From contig CAYOQQ010000003.1 of the NCBI GenBank assembly GCA_964406165.1, positions 1 to 59,568 on the forward strand: 59,568 bases of DNA. The letters are read 5' to 3'. Numbering within the stretch: position 1 is the first letter of the stretch; each line of letters begins with the position of its first letter. Below, piece after piece: positions 34,052-44,186 of this stretch. Source of the stretch: an uncultured Candidatus Saccharibacteria bacterium. Its GTDB lineage: Bacteria; Patescibacteriota; Minisyncoccia; Phycocordibacterales; UBA5272. The notes below the pieces were generated by a model. It was not told the origin of the DNA. It ran no database searches and saw only the letters and a list, made by a program, of their open reading frames with translations. The position numbers and the translations under genes are program-made.

Positions 34052-34720
34052 ATGATTATCACACCAGCAATTCTTCCTAAAAATTATGCAGACCTTAATC
34101 ATAAATTATTTATGCTTGAAGGTCTGTGTGATGTTGTTCAGATAGATCTTTGTGATGGTATATTTGGATTAGAAAAAACATGGTTGCCATATCGAGAAAA
34201 AGAGCTCTTAGCAGGGTTCTCGTATGAATTCGATCTTATGGTTAAGGATTGGAGAAAATATCTAATGAGGGTTATTGCTCTAGGTGCGAAGCGAGTCGTT
34301 CTCCATGTCGATACTTTTTCTGATGATGACATTGCTGAAGCAATAGCAATTGTTAAACCGCACCTGATTTATCTTGGGTTGTGTGTTTCTAATGATAAGA
34401 ATGTTCCTGCTTTTGTTTCACTTGTGAAACGAGTAGACGCTGTCTATTCTAAGGTTTTTATTCAGATCATGGGAATAAAAAATATTGGGGCACAAGGGCA
34501 ACCATTTGATGATCCTGTTTTACGACGAATAGAGTTTGTTCACGATGCTTGTAGGAATATTGAAATTCAAGTAGATGGAAGTATGAATCCAGAAACAATT
34601 CTTAAGGTGAAAAACCGTGGGGCAACGTGTGCGATTGTTGGATCATATGTGTTTGGTCACGGTGCAACTCATAAAGATATCCGAAAGACATTACGAAGAC
34701 TAGAAGAAGATTTTAAATAA
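34052..34720 (+). CDS. Ribulose-phosphate 3-epimerase-like TIM-barrel protein
   Basis: IITPAILP....DL..., the QIDLCDGIF pattern, and the pentose-phosphate gene context. Confidence 0.55.
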   Translation: MIITPAILPKNYADLNHKLFMLEGLCDVVQIDLCDGIFGLEKTWLPYREKELLAGFSYEFDLMVKDWRKYLMRVIALGAKRVVLHVDTFSDDDIAEAIAIVKPHLIYLGLCVSNDKNVPAFVSLVKRVDAVYSKVFIQIMGIKNIGAQGQPFDDPVLRRIEFVHDACRNIEIQVDGSMNPETILKVKNRGATCAIVGSYVFGHGATHKDIRKTLRRLEEDFK

Positions 34721-34785
34721 AATAGACCTACAGTGTGTACTACAGGCTACAGTCTACGGTCTAAAGGCTGTATACTGTACCTATT

Positions 34786-35652
34786 ATGCATTCACTAACT
34801 GACGTAGAAGTACAAGCGCTCACGCTTCGTGCAGAAGATATACGAGAAAGCATCATTAAGATGCTTATGGAAGCAGGGAGTGGGCACACCGCAGGACCGC
34901 TTGGTATGACGGATGTTTTTACAGCGCTTTATTTTAGAATTATGAAACATAATCCGCGTCATCCTGAGTGGGTACAGCGTGACAGGCTTATTCTTTCTAA
35001 CGGTCATATAGCACCAGTTTTATACGCCACAATGGCACATGCTGGTTACTTTTCTGTTACTGAACTTAAGACACTCAGAAAGTTCGGTACACGGCTTCAG
35101 GGACATCCACATCGTGAGAGTCTCCCTGGACTTGAGACATCATCTGGTCCTCTAGGAAGTGGTCTCTCGCAAGCAATTGGTATGGCGCTCATGGATAGAT
35201 TAGAGGAACATAAACCAGACAGATATTTTTATTGTTGTATGGGAGATGGCGAGATAAATGAAGGACAAGTATGGGAATCTTTTTTACTATTGAATAAATA
35301 TAAGCTTACAAAAGTTATTCCTATCATTGACCGTAATACAATTCAGATTGATGGGTATACAGAAGATGTGCTACCACTTGAATCCTTAAAGGATAAGATG
35401 GAAGCATTTAACTTTCATGTGATAGAAGTTAATGGCCATGACTTTAAAGATATTGTACGAGCTGTTGGTACAGCCAAGAGCAGCCTCGATAAGCCGACAG
35501 TAATCATAGCTCACACAATTCCTGGGAAGGGTGTTACGGCATTTGAAGGTGATTATAGATGGCATGGTAAGGCACCAAATGAAGAGGAAGGTAGAGTAGC
35601 GCTGAAGGAGCTTAGAACACTTAAGGGTAAGATTAAGTACGGCGAACTATGA
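34786..35652 (+). CDS. Transketolase, N-terminal (TPP-binding) subunit
   Basis: GHTAGPLGMTDV, and GDGEINEGQVWES. Confidence 0.9.
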   Translation: MHSLTDVEVQALTLRAEDIRESIIKMLMEAGSGHTAGPLGMTDVFTALYFRIMKHNPRHPEWVQRDRLILSNGHIAPVLYATMAHAGYFSVTELKTLRKFGTRLQGHPHRESLPGLETSSGPLGSGLSQAIGMALMDRLEEHKPDRYFYCCMGDGEINEGQVWESFLLLNKYKLTKVIPIIDRNTIQIDGYTEDVLPLESLKDKMEAFNFHVIEVNGHDFKDIVRAVGTAKSSLDKPTVIIAHTIPGKGVTAFEGDYRWHGKAPNEEEGRVALKELRTLKGKIKYGEL

Positions 35653-35766
35653 CAATAAAAAACTTCATCTACTTTGTTACGGGTTCCAAGTTTTCCACTC
35701 AACGTACTATTTGTACGTCTCAGTCAAAACTTTACCTGTGCCTCGTATCTAAAGCTTTTTATTGCC
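35653..35766. repeat. Hairpin element B between the two transketolase halves
   Basis: The outer arms CAATAAAAAACTT.. and ..AAGCTTTTTATTG pair imperfectly. The inner stem AAGTTTT/AAAACTT encloses CCACTCAACGTACTATTTGTACGTCTCAGTC. Confidence 0.7.
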
Positions 35767-35786
35767 ATATCTGATAATAAAATAAT

Positions 35787-36773
35787 ATGCTGAGAAAAAC
35801 ATTAATGACAGTTGAAGAAGAGGAAAAGGCAACTCGCGAGGGATTCGGTGAGGGGCTTGTTAATGCTGGCACTAATGATGATAGAATCGTTGCACTGTGT
35901 GCAGATCTTACAGATAGTGTGAAGATGGATGGATTCAGAAATAGATTTCCGAAGCGGTTTTTTGAAGTTGGTATTACAGAGCAGGCAATGTCAGGGTTAG
36001 CTTCAGGAATGGCAGCGATGGGGTATATTCCATTTATGGCGAGTTATGCAATGTTTTCTCCAGGAAGAAACTGGGAACAAATCAGAACCACTATTTCGTA
36101 TAATGATGTACCAGTAAAAGTAGTCGGTGCACATGCTGGAATCTCAGTAGGGCCAGATGGTGCAACTCACCAAGCCATAGAAGATATCGCTATCATGCGC
36201 ATGATTCCTAATATGCAAGTATTTGTGCCATGTGATGCTACAGAAGCGCGAGTCATTACGGAGCATATTGCTACAACAAAAGAGCCTGCATATCTACGAC
36301 TTACTCGTGAAAAAACTCCAATGATGTTACCAGATAATTACACATGGAATTATGGGAAAGCATATTCAATGTATATGCCAATGCATAAATATGGTGGAAC
36401 TTTTACCCATTCAGTTGGAATAGTTGCATGTGGTCCAATTATTTATGAAGCAATCAAGGCTGCGCTATTACTTGAGAAAGAAGGAATTGGTGTGACGGTT
36501 GTTAACATGCCACAAATAAAACCACTTGATACTGCATTTTTACTTCGATTAGTTAAAGATGTTCGAGCGATTATTACGGTTGAAGAGCATCAAATCTCTG
36601 GAGGGCTCGGTAGCGCCGTCGCCGAATATTTAAGTGAGTATCACCCAATCAGAATAGGGCGAGTTGGAGTAAATGATAGATTCGGTCAAAGTGGTAAGGT
36701 TCAAGAACTCTATGAGGAATACGGACTCACTGCTAAACATATTGCTCAGAAGGTGAGGGAGACACTGCATTAA
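35787..36773 (+). CDS. Transketolase, C-terminal (pyrimidine-binding) subunit
   Basis: FFEVGITEQAM.., GPDGATHQAIEDIA. Confidence 0.9.
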   Translation: MLRKTLMTVEEEEKATREGFGEGLVNAGTNDDRIVALCADLTDSVKMDGFRNRFPKRFFEVGITEQAMSGLASGMAAMGYIPFMASYAMFSPGRNWEQIRTTISYNDVPVKVVGAHAGISVGPDGATHQAIEDIAIMRMIPNMQVFVPCDATEARVITEHIATTKEPAYLRLTREKTPMMLPDNYTWNYGKAYSMYMPMHKYGGTFTHSVGIVACGPIIYEAIKAALLLEKEGIGVTVVNMPQIKPLDTAFLLRLVKDVRAIITVEEHQISGGLGSAVAEYLSEYHPIRIGRVGVNDRFGQSGKVQELYEEYGLTAKHIAQKVRETLH

Positions 36774-36898
36774 CAGACTGTAGACATTAGTCTGTAGACT
36801 GTAGCTAAATACGAACACAAGGGCGACACCGTTAGGCGTTACCCTTATGTTCCCTTCGTATTTTTACAGGTATACTTTTTTCTACAGTCTACCTACCC
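36774..36898. repeat. Convergent-gene spacer element (ACTGTAG-word arms, variable GC core), homolog of 49085-49211
   Basis: The left arm CAGACTGTAGACATTAGTCTGTAGACTGTAGCTAAATACGAA matches 49085-49126 at 36 of 42 positions. The right arms are also alike. Confidence 0.8.
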
Positions 36899-37890
36899 TA
36901 TTTCATTATCGACAATGTGTAACTTTCTGGAGCTTTTTTAAGGAACTCCTCGAGTTGTGCTTCAGAAAGAAGTCCTTCTTGTGCACCAACATGTTGTACA
37001 ACATTCATACTATTAATAGGTGCACGTCGCATAGCGTACGGTGCGTCATATCCTTTAGCAAGGTATGCGATAAATGTTGAGAAGAATGCATCTCCCGCTC
37101 CAGTTCGTTCAAGTGGTGGTGCAATATCAGGATACAGTGGCATACTAAAATATGTGTTTTCATATTTCATGTACGCTCCATGTGGACCATCAGTTACAAT
37201 AACTGTCTTTGGTCCCATAGCCCCAAGTCCATCCATTAGTTCTTGCACAGAAACACCTTCCTTACCTAAAAGTTGTTCTGCTTCTTCTTTGTTCATACAT
37301 ACAACTTCAGTTACTTTGTATAACTCTGCAATTTCTGTTCCGAACCCGAGTTGGAATGTACCAGGTTGGAATGCCAGCTTTATATCTGGGTGACTTTTTA
37401 CATATTCGATAAGCTCATGATGGAATGCGAGTGTGTGTGCTCCTAACGATGAGAGATATAGCCACTTAGGGCTCCCAATATCTGGGATAACTGGGGTAAA
37501 TTGCTCGTGCTTAATGAGAATAGTGCGGTCGTCATCTTTCCAGAGCACGTAGTGATAGTTAGTTTTTTTACCTTCCTCTTGCCGTATGTAGTCGATTGAA
37601 ATATTTTCTTTAGTAAGTTGTGCGAGACACTCATCACCATTCTGGTCTTTACCTAATGAAGTAAGTAGAGCTGACTGTAGTCCAAGTCGTGCAGCAGAAA
37701 CAGCTGCGTTAGCACTATTTCCAACAGCTAATAATATATACACCTCATCAAACGGGACTTTCATTCCGTAAGGAAGACAAATTTCACGACCATGTGCAGT
37801 CTCTTGGATGTGTCCTGCAGAAACTCTAATAAAAGCATCAATAACCGTATCACCAATTGCAATAAAATCCATTTGAGGTTTGTTTTCCAT
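36898..37890 (-). CDS. PfkB-family carbohydrate kinase
   Basis: N-terminal DFIAIGDTVIDAF and C-terminal GAGDAFFSTFIAYL motifs. Confidence 0.85.
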   Translation of the reverse strand: MENKPQMDFIAIGDTVIDAFIRVSAGHIQETAHGREICLPYGMKVPFDEVYILLAVGNSANAAVSAARLGLQSALLTSLGKDQNGDECLAQLTKENISIDYIRQEEGKKTNYHYVLWKDDDRTILIKHEQFTPVIPDIGSPKWLYLSSLGAHTLAFHHELIEYVKSHPDIKLAFQPGTFQLGFGTEIAELYKVTEVVCMNKEEAEQLLGKEGVSVQELMDGLGAMGPKTVIVTDGPHGAYMKYENTYFSMPLYPDIAPPLERTGAGDAFFSTFIAYLAKGYDAPYAMRRAPINSMNVVQHVGAQEGLLSEAQLEEFLKKAPESYTLSIMK

Positions 37891-38063
37891 ATATAGTTAA
37901 TAGAAGTTATGTACTTGAATGAAATTCGAGGAAAAACAAAATTTACCATGAGGTGCACTTATTGATACAGTGAATGGGAAATTTGTAGTTTTGACGATGA
38001 AGTTCGTCAAGTACAAAAGTTCTATTTTAGTATAGCAGTGAGCTGGTGTTATACTATGTTGAT

Positions 38064-38954
38064 ATGAAGACATTAACACCCCAAAGTGAACACTATATCG
38101 AACTTATTAACGAATATAAAAGAAATGGTAAGGCTATTGCACACTTTAATATTTCGAATCTCGACCAAGCACGAGCAATCGTAGAGGTTGCTCAAGAGCT
38201 TAACCAGCCAGTAATCATTGGGGCGAGTGAAGGGGAACGTGAGTACATGGGGATAGATATGGTGAGAACAATTGTTAATGAGCTTAACCAAGAATACGAT
38301 GTGCCAATTTTCTTAAATGCGGACCATACGTACACCCTCGAAAAGGTTCAGGAGGTTGTAGAAGCTGGGTACGATAGTGTGATTGTCGACGGTGCCAAGC
38401 TTCCGTACGAGGAAAATGTTGCACTTGTGAAGCAGTGTGTTGACTATGTGCGAGGATATGAAGAAAAGACAGGTAAGCGAGTACTTGTTGAAGCAGAACT
38501 TGGATACATCGGGCAGTCTTCTTCACTTAACACAGCATTACCTGCAGGAGTAAGTGAAGAAAATCTCACTACACCAGAGCAAGCGAAGGATTTTATTCTT
38601 CGGACGGGGGTGGATATGTTTGCTCCAGCGATAGGGAATGTACACGGCATGTTAATTGATGCAACAGAGCCAGCGCTTCATATTGATAGATTAAAAGAAA
38701 TTACTAAAGCGGTAGATGTCCCACTTGTACTCCATGGAGCAAGCGGGAACACCGATGAAGATCTTATGAGGTCTATTGATAATGGTGTCGCGATTATTCA
38801 TATCAACACAGAAATTAGAAAAGCATTTAGAGATGGTGAGATGAGTTATCTTGCGGAGCACCCAAATGAGGTGGCGCCATATAAGTTTGGGCATCAAGGA
38901 CAAGAAGAAATGAAGAAAGTTGTACGCGCCAAAATGGAGCTTTACGCTAAGTGA
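38064..38954 (+). CDS. fba: Class II fructose-bisphosphate aldolase
   Basis: AHFNISNL, NADHT and LHGASG motifs. TATACT lies 8 nt before the ATG at 38064. Confidence 0.88.
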   Translation: MKTLTPQSEHYIELINEYKRNGKAIAHFNISNLDQARAIVEVAQELNQPVIIGASEGEREYMGIDMVRTIVNELNQEYDVPIFLNADHTYTLEKVQEVVEAGYDSVIVDGAKLPYEENVALVKQCVDYVRGYEEKTGKRVLVEAELGYIGQSSSLNTALPAGVSEENLTTPEQAKDFILRTGVDMFAPAIGNVHGMLIDATEPALHIDRLKEITKAVDVPLVLHGASGNTDEDLMRSIDNGVAIIHINTEIRKAFRDGEMSYLAEHPNEVAPYKFGHQGQEEMKKVVRAKMELYAK

Positions 38955-38965
38955 GTAATAGGACA

Positions 38966-39086
38966 CCGAATCATATATTGGCGAACTACTTGTTGTTATC
39001 TTCCGGCGCGGTTCGCCGTACACCCTAGTACGTCTTACCTCTGTCCTCAGATAACAACTTCGTATTTCATCCAATATCTGGCTCGG
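38966..39086. repeat. Hairpin element C downstream of fba
   Basis: Nested arms: CCGAATCATATATTGG with CCAATATCTGGCTCGG (13 of 16), and GTTGTTATC with GATAACAAC. The loop carries CGTAC-ACCCTA-GTACGTC. Confidence 0.7.
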
Positions 39087-39187
39087 CTGACGTTTGCGGG
39101 ATGCGATATAAACTAAGAAAACATGTCTAATGACATGTTTTCTTTTTTCCGATACACTGAATTAACTAACAATTTATTTCTAAGACC

Positions 39188-40333
39188 ATGCAACACAACT
39201 ACAATCAAGAAGCACTCGAATTACACAAGCATTTTCACGGTAAGATAGGATTACAAACTAAAGTCCCGATGAATGATAGAGACGATCTCTCACGTGCCTA
39301 TACGCCAGGAGTAGCTGAAGTGTGTAAAGAGATTGCAAAGGATCCGAGTAATGCTCGTGAGTACACGCTAAAGCGTAATACGGTTGCTATTATTTCTGAT
39401 GGTTCTGCTATCTTAGGACTTGGTAACTTAGGAGCTCTCGCTGCTATTCCTGTGATGGAAGGTAAGGCTGCGATACTTAAGTCATTTGCAAATGTGGACG
39501 CATTCCCTATTTGTTTAGATACTCAAGATACAGAAGAGATTATAAAAGCTGTGAAGCAGATTGCACCAGTGTTCGGAGCAGTTAATCTAGAAGACATTGC
39601 AGCACCACGATGTTTCGAAATCGAAGAAAGACTTCGAAAAGAACTTTCTATTCCTGTGATGCATGATGATCAGTGGGGGACAGCAACAGTAGTTCTTGGT
39701 GGCCTCATTAATGCGCTTAAGGTTACTGGTCGTGGTGAGGGGAAAGACGTGAAGATTGTAGTTAATGGTGTAGGGTCAGCTGGAGTTGCGGTATCGCGTT
39801 TACTCCTTGCGTATGGATTTAAGAATATGCTTTTCTGTGATAGTAAGGGGATTATTCATGAGGGTCGGGCGGACGATCTTAATAAAGAAAAAGTGGAGCT
39901 CATTACAGCAAGTGCACTTAAAGGATTCGAAGGGGCACTAACGGATGCTGTTAAGGATGCAGATGTGTTCGTTGGTGTTTCAAAAGCGGGCGCTCTTACC
40001 ATAGATATGGCAAAGAGTATGAATAAAGATGCAATAGTATTTGCTCTCGCTAATCCTATTCCTGAAATCATGCCAGAGGTTGCAAAGGAAGCTGGGGTAG
40101 CAGTGATAGCAACTGGTCGCAGTGATTTTCCTAATCAGCTGAATAACTCACTTATCTTCCCAGGACTATTCAAAGGAATGCTTGATAATAATGTGAAGCA
40201 GTTTGAGATAGGGATGTTCACAAAAGCTGCACTCGCACTTTCTGGCCACGTGAAGAATCCAACTGCTGAGGCAATTCTACCGACGATGTTTGATAAAGCG
40301 TTGGTGGAGGTGATTGCTAGTTCTGTTGTCTAA
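39188..40333 (+). CDS. NAD(P)-dependent malic enzyme (short form)
   Basis: LSRAYTPGVAEVCKEI, an NGVGSAGVA Rossmann motif, and a length of about 380 aa. Confidence 0.88.
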   Translation: MQHNYNQEALELHKHFHGKIGLQTKVPMNDRDDLSRAYTPGVAEVCKEIAKDPSNAREYTLKRNTVAIISDGSAILGLGNLGALAAIPVMEGKAAILKSFANVDAFPICLDTQDTEEIIKAVKQIAPVFGAVNLEDIAAPRCFEIEERLRKELSIPVMHDDQWGTATVVLGGLINALKVTGRGEGKDVKIVVNGVGSAGVAVSRLLLAYGFKNMLFCDSKGIIHEGRADDLNKEKVELITASALKGFEGALTDAVKDADVFVGVSKAGALTIDMAKSMNKDAIVFALANPIPEIMPEVAKEAGVAVIATGRSDFPNQLNNSLIFPGLFKGMLDNNVKQFEIGMFTKAALALSGHVKNPTAEAILPTMFDKALVEVIASSVV

Positions 40334-40439
40334 ACGTCTACCCCTTATGGGGTTTTAAGGTATTGTTGACAGATTATTTTAAAATCAGTAGTATCAAGAT
40401 ACGGTAAGTACCGTAGCTCATTGATAAAAGGAGAAGGTT

Positions 40440-41498
40440 ATGCAAAATGTGCTTTTTGAGGATGTGAAGAATGCGGTTGATCTGGCTATGGTGCGTGCTA
40501 ATCAGGATAGTCTTACCCCACAGGAAGACAGGATAGCTCGTGTCTCTGCTACATCGGTTATTGCCGGTCTACAGGTAACCCCAACAGAACTACTTGAAGA
40601 AAAAAGAAATTATCTGTTGAGCAGCCGTAAAGGTTCAGCCCATTCATACGCTATTGAGTGTGATAGCTTCATTTCTGATTTGAAAGAAAAAGGAATTGAA
40701 CCTATTGTTGTTTTGCCTACAAAATTGTGGGACAAGATTGTAAGAGAAGCCGGTCTATTCACCTTCAACAATTCGCTTGGTGGCGGGAGGGTGGCGGTAT
40801 CCGGGAGCTTTAAAACACTCCCTGCTCAAGTTGCGGGAGATCCTAAAGTGAACATGGACTTCGTGTTTAATGTATGTTTTTTAGTAACTTTAGTGGCTAC
40901 CTTCTCATGTGCTTATTTCTACCTCTTTCCTGGATTTTTTACAGGAATGACATTTATCAAAGTGATTGCTTCTGTCGCTTTCGCGGTTGTTGGCATGATC
41001 GCATCATTCGCACTATGTCTTCCTCTTTGTGGTTTGTGTGAACTCATTTACAAGATGATGAACACTCCACGAAAAAAGATTGTGCGTGCTGTGAAGAAGG
41101 CAGGTGGTATTCATGAATTCCTGTGGCCGTCACATCAAGAGGCTGCAGAGTACAAGAATGCCGGGACTCTTAAGGTTAAGTTTCCTGAGCCACCTCAAGA
41201 TGTTCAAGACATTCTGTACAAGGTTACTCAAGCATTTAGTAAGCCGGACATTAAGCTCACTGTTGATTCTGGGGCAATAACCTTTGTGCATGACCCAATT
41301 GAGCTGATGGTAAATGCAACTCTAGAAGAAAAAAAGGTTCTGGAAGTGCGACGTCTTGCAGCGCTTAACTCAGACCCGATCGTGACTTTGACAAGTCGTG
41401 GTGGTCATGTGGTAGCAGTGCTTGCACAGTACGGAGATTTTCCGATTGAAAAAGCAGCTGTCATAAAAGCGGTAGAAGAATTTTCTTTTGCCGGATAG
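40440..41498 (+). CDS. Hypothetical protein with a central hydrophobic block
   Basis: AAAGGAGAAGG SD. Two or three TM helices near residues 140-205. Confidence 0.5.
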   Translation: MQNVLFEDVKNAVDLAMVRANQDSLTPQEDRIARVSATSVIAGLQVTPTELLEEKRNYLLSSRKGSAHSYAIECDSFISDLKEKGIEPIVVLPTKLWDKIVREAGLFTFNNSLGGGRVAVSGSFKTLPAQVAGDPKVNMDFVFNVCFLVTLVATFSCAYFYLFPGFFTGMTFIKVIASVAFAVVGMIASFALCLPLCGLCELIYKMMNTPRKKIVRAVKKAGGIHEFLWPSHQEAAEYKNAGTLKVKFPEPPQDVQDILYKVTQAFSKPDIKLTVDSGAITFVHDPIELMVNATLEEKKVLEVRRLAALNSDPIVTLTSRGGHVVAVLAQYGDFPIEKAAVIKAVEEFSFAG

Positions 41499-41595
41499 TC
41501 TTAAGTGGTATAAGACTACAAGCGCCTCAATGAGGCGCTTTTAATTTTATAAGAAGTTGAAAAAGAAAGAGACTCAATCAAATGAGTCTCTTGTT

Positions 41596-42204
41596 TTATC
41601 CGCCATATTGTTCACAGAGCCGATGTAGCTCAGTGCGAGCATACACAATTGCATGACGGTACTGTTTCGGGACTGTACGTTCAGCAATATCGCAGAGTTG
41701 AAAATAATACGTGCGCGTTTCTTCAACTTGTTTCTTTTGCTTTTCTTTGGTGCAGTTATCAAGTGTCCGCATGTTATGGATACGGTCCGCTAGTTTCACA
41801 ACCATTGGTCTCCATTGGTTACACGCAAACAGTCTTGGGAAAAAGACCTCTTTACTCTCTTCGTCTTTGCTGACAAATTTCACACCCTGAGCAACGATAT
41901 TTTTGAAATTAATCCAAATCCTACGCTCAGTGAGAAGATATTGATCTTCGACAATATCATGAAGAAGTGCGATAACAATTACCTTCCAATCAAATTTGAT
42001 GTCAAAATCATCAAAGATGATGAGTGAAACAGCCTTAGGGTGATCGAAATATCGTTCGCCACCATCGCGAGTCTGGTTCCTGTGGCCATACTTTGAAAAT
42101 GCATAGCCTGTCTTTATCTCTTCAAGGTCTCTCTCGGCAAAGTACGGTGCAAGTTTTTTTAGATAGAGGACACTTTCCCTCTCCTTCTCCATATCCATTT
42201 CCAT
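41596..42204 (-). CDS. HD-domain (RelA/SpoT-type) small alarmone hydrolase-like protein
   Basis: The pattern YGHRNQTRDGGERYFDHP...ALLHDIVED matches the (p)ppGpp hydrolase HD domain. AAAGGAGGA SD. Confidence 0.7.
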   Translation of the reverse strand: MEMDMEKERESVLYLKKLAPYFAERDLEEIKTGYAFSKYGHRNQTRDGGERYFDHPKAVSLIIFDDFDIKFDWKVIVIALLHDIVEDQYLLTERRIWINFKNIVAQGVKFVSKDEESKEVFFPRLFACNQWRPMVVKLADRIHNMRTLDNCTKEKQKKQVEETRTYYFQLCDIAERTVPKQYRHAIVYARTELHRLCEQYGG

Positions 42205-42219
42205 AGTTTCCTCCTTTCG

Positions 42220-42387
42220 CTAATGAGACAGAACAAGTTCGACAACATCTCGTGGAGATTGTTTTGTTGCAAGAGAATAGATGAGTAGCAGCATGATTGG
42301 GATAATATTGATGATGATCATCATTGTCCCAAGAGTTATCACGAATGCCCAACCGAAGAGGGCTAGGATTTTTTCTGCGAGTCGCAT
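42220..42387 (-). CDS. Small membrane protein (55 aa) upstream of the HD gene
   Basis: GGAGGG SD. My own translation is MRLAEKILALFGWAFVITLGTMMIIINIIPIMLLLIYSLATKQSPRDVVELVLSH. Not in the ORF track. Confidence 0.45.
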   Translation of the reverse strand: MRLAEKILALFGWAFVITLGTMMIIINIIPIMLLLIYSLATKQSPRDVVELVLSH

Positions 42388-42476
42388 GTGCCCTCCTGTA
42401 TATGAACGACTTGTTAGACACTACAATATTTTTCGTCATAAGTCAAAAAGTAACAAGGTGTGATAGAGTAGACTAT

Positions 42477-43742
42477 ATGTCATTTTCTTTTGAGATTGTG
42501 AAAAAAAGCGAAGAGGTAGATGGGGATGGGGAGATGCGCGCGCCTTTGGCGCGCGCAGGCATCATTCACACCCCACATGGTGATATTGAAACTCCTGCTT
42601 TTATCACAGTTGGAACCAAAGCAACCGTGAAGTCTCTTACTCCAGAACAGGTGAGTGAGTATGTTGGGGCTCAAGCAGTTCTTGCTAATACCTACCACCT
42701 TTATCTACAGCCAGGTGACGAGCTGGTTGCTGCTCATGGCGGATTCGGAGCGATGATGAATATCAAGAAGGGTGGGAAAATAATGCCAACGTTTACTGAC
42801 TCGGGAGGGTTCCAAGTGTTTTCATTAGGTCAAGCTATGGGGCACGGTGTGAGTAAAATAGCAACAAGTTCTGAGATAAGTAAGCGTGAGACTGAAGAGA
42901 TTGTTAAAGAACAAACTCATGAGAAGTTGGCGAAGATTGATGACGAGGGTGTTACCTTTAAATCTGTTCATGACGGAAGTGAACATCGCTTCACTCCAGA
43001 GCGCAGTATGCAGATACAACATAACTTAGGAGCTGATATTTTTTTTGCATTTGATGAATGTACTTCACCACTCGCTCCAATAGAATACCAACGAAAAGCT
43101 ATCGACAGAACTCATGCATGGGCAAAAAGAAGTCTTGATGAGCATAAGCGTCTTGGGGTATCAAGTGCAACCGGAGAAATGCAAGCACTTTTTGGTGTAG
43201 TTCAAGGAGGTGCATACGAAGATCTTCGTAAAGAATCAGCAACAGTACTCGGTGCAATGGACTTTGACGGATATGGAATTGGTGGGAGTTTTACAAAAGA
43301 AGATATGGGCACGGCAGTACGATGGGTCAATGAGATTTTACCCGTTGGGAAGCCAAGGCATCTGCTAGGGATAGGGGAGCCACTAGATATCTTGCTTGGG
43401 ATTGAAAATGGAATTGATACATTTGACTGTGTTGCCCCAACTCGTATAGCGCGTAACGGTGCCATCTATACAAAAGATGGACGTATTAATGTAACGAATG
43501 CAACATACAGAGAGGATATGTCACCAATTTCAGATGATGAGAATTGGTATACACACGCATACACTAAGAGTTATCTTCATCACCTTTTTAAATCAGACGA
43601 GATGCTCGCAGCGACACTTGCTTCTATTCATAATCTAAAATTTTTAACGACACTATGTGAGGATGCTCGTAAGCATCTCATGGCTGGGACGTTCCAGTCA
43701 TTTAAAGATACGTTTATTGAAAGGTATTATTCAAAAAAATAA
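42477..43742 (+). CDS. tgt: tRNA-guanine transglycosylase (queuine tRNA-ribosyltransferase)
   Basis: RAGIIHTPHGDIETPAFITVGT, FDCVAPTR. The tracked N-terminal extension was rejected. Confidence 0.9.
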   Translation: MSFSFEIVKKSEEVDGDGEMRAPLARAGIIHTPHGDIETPAFITVGTKATVKSLTPEQVSEYVGAQAVLANTYHLYLQPGDELVAAHGGFGAMMNIKKGGKIMPTFTDSGGFQVFSLGQAMGHGVSKIATSSEISKRETEEIVKEQTHEKLAKIDDEGVTFKSVHDGSEHRFTPERSMQIQHNLGADIFFAFDECTSPLAPIEYQRKAIDRTHAWAKRSLDEHKRLGVSSATGEMQALFGVVQGGAYEDLRKESATVLGAMDFDGYGIGGSFTKEDMGTAVRWVNEILPVGKPRHLLGIGEPLDILLGIENGIDTFDCVAPTRIARNGAIYTKDGRINVTNATYREDMSPISDDENWYTHAYTKSYLHHLFKSDEMLAATLASIHNLKFLTTLCEDARKHLMAGTFQSFKDTFIERYYSKK

Positions 43743-43780
43743 CCACTTGATACTATCAAGTGGTTGGTTCATGGTGTTCA

Positions 43781-44002
43781 CTAGTCCACCTCAGGAATCT
43801 TAAGAGTGAACAAAAAAAGAATGAGGAGGAATATAAGAGCAACTACGCCGACGATAACAGCGATGCCGGCAAAAGCTTGTAGAGCCATTGAGTTGGTTAT
43901 CGAACCGTCTCGCATGCCGTCACTCACAACAAGTAAATAAAGCATTGAAAGAATATACATAACTGCACTTTCTTTATCAATGCATGCGAAATAGTACTTC
44001 AT
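43781..44002 (-). CDS. Small membrane protein (73 aa)
   Basis: Two hydrophobic helices. A 31-codon hydrophobic ORF with a GGAGAT SD lies just upstream at 44026..44121. Confidence 0.35.
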   Translation of the reverse strand: MKYYFACIDKESAVMYILSMLYLLVVSDGMRDGSITNSMALQAFAGIAVIVGVVALIFLLILFLFTLKIPEVD

Positions 44003-44186
44003 GACTTTCCTTTTTTGTGCTATCAGAGTTTGGAAATGAGAGTTGGCAGACCATAACAGACTGCCCAGATGAAAGTGGGTACACCAATAGCGTACAGAAC
44101 GAGCAATAGAGTCGGATTCATGGTATCTCCTGGTTATGATTGATGAAGGACTTTCTCTGGTTTTATGCTATAATGATACATCAACT

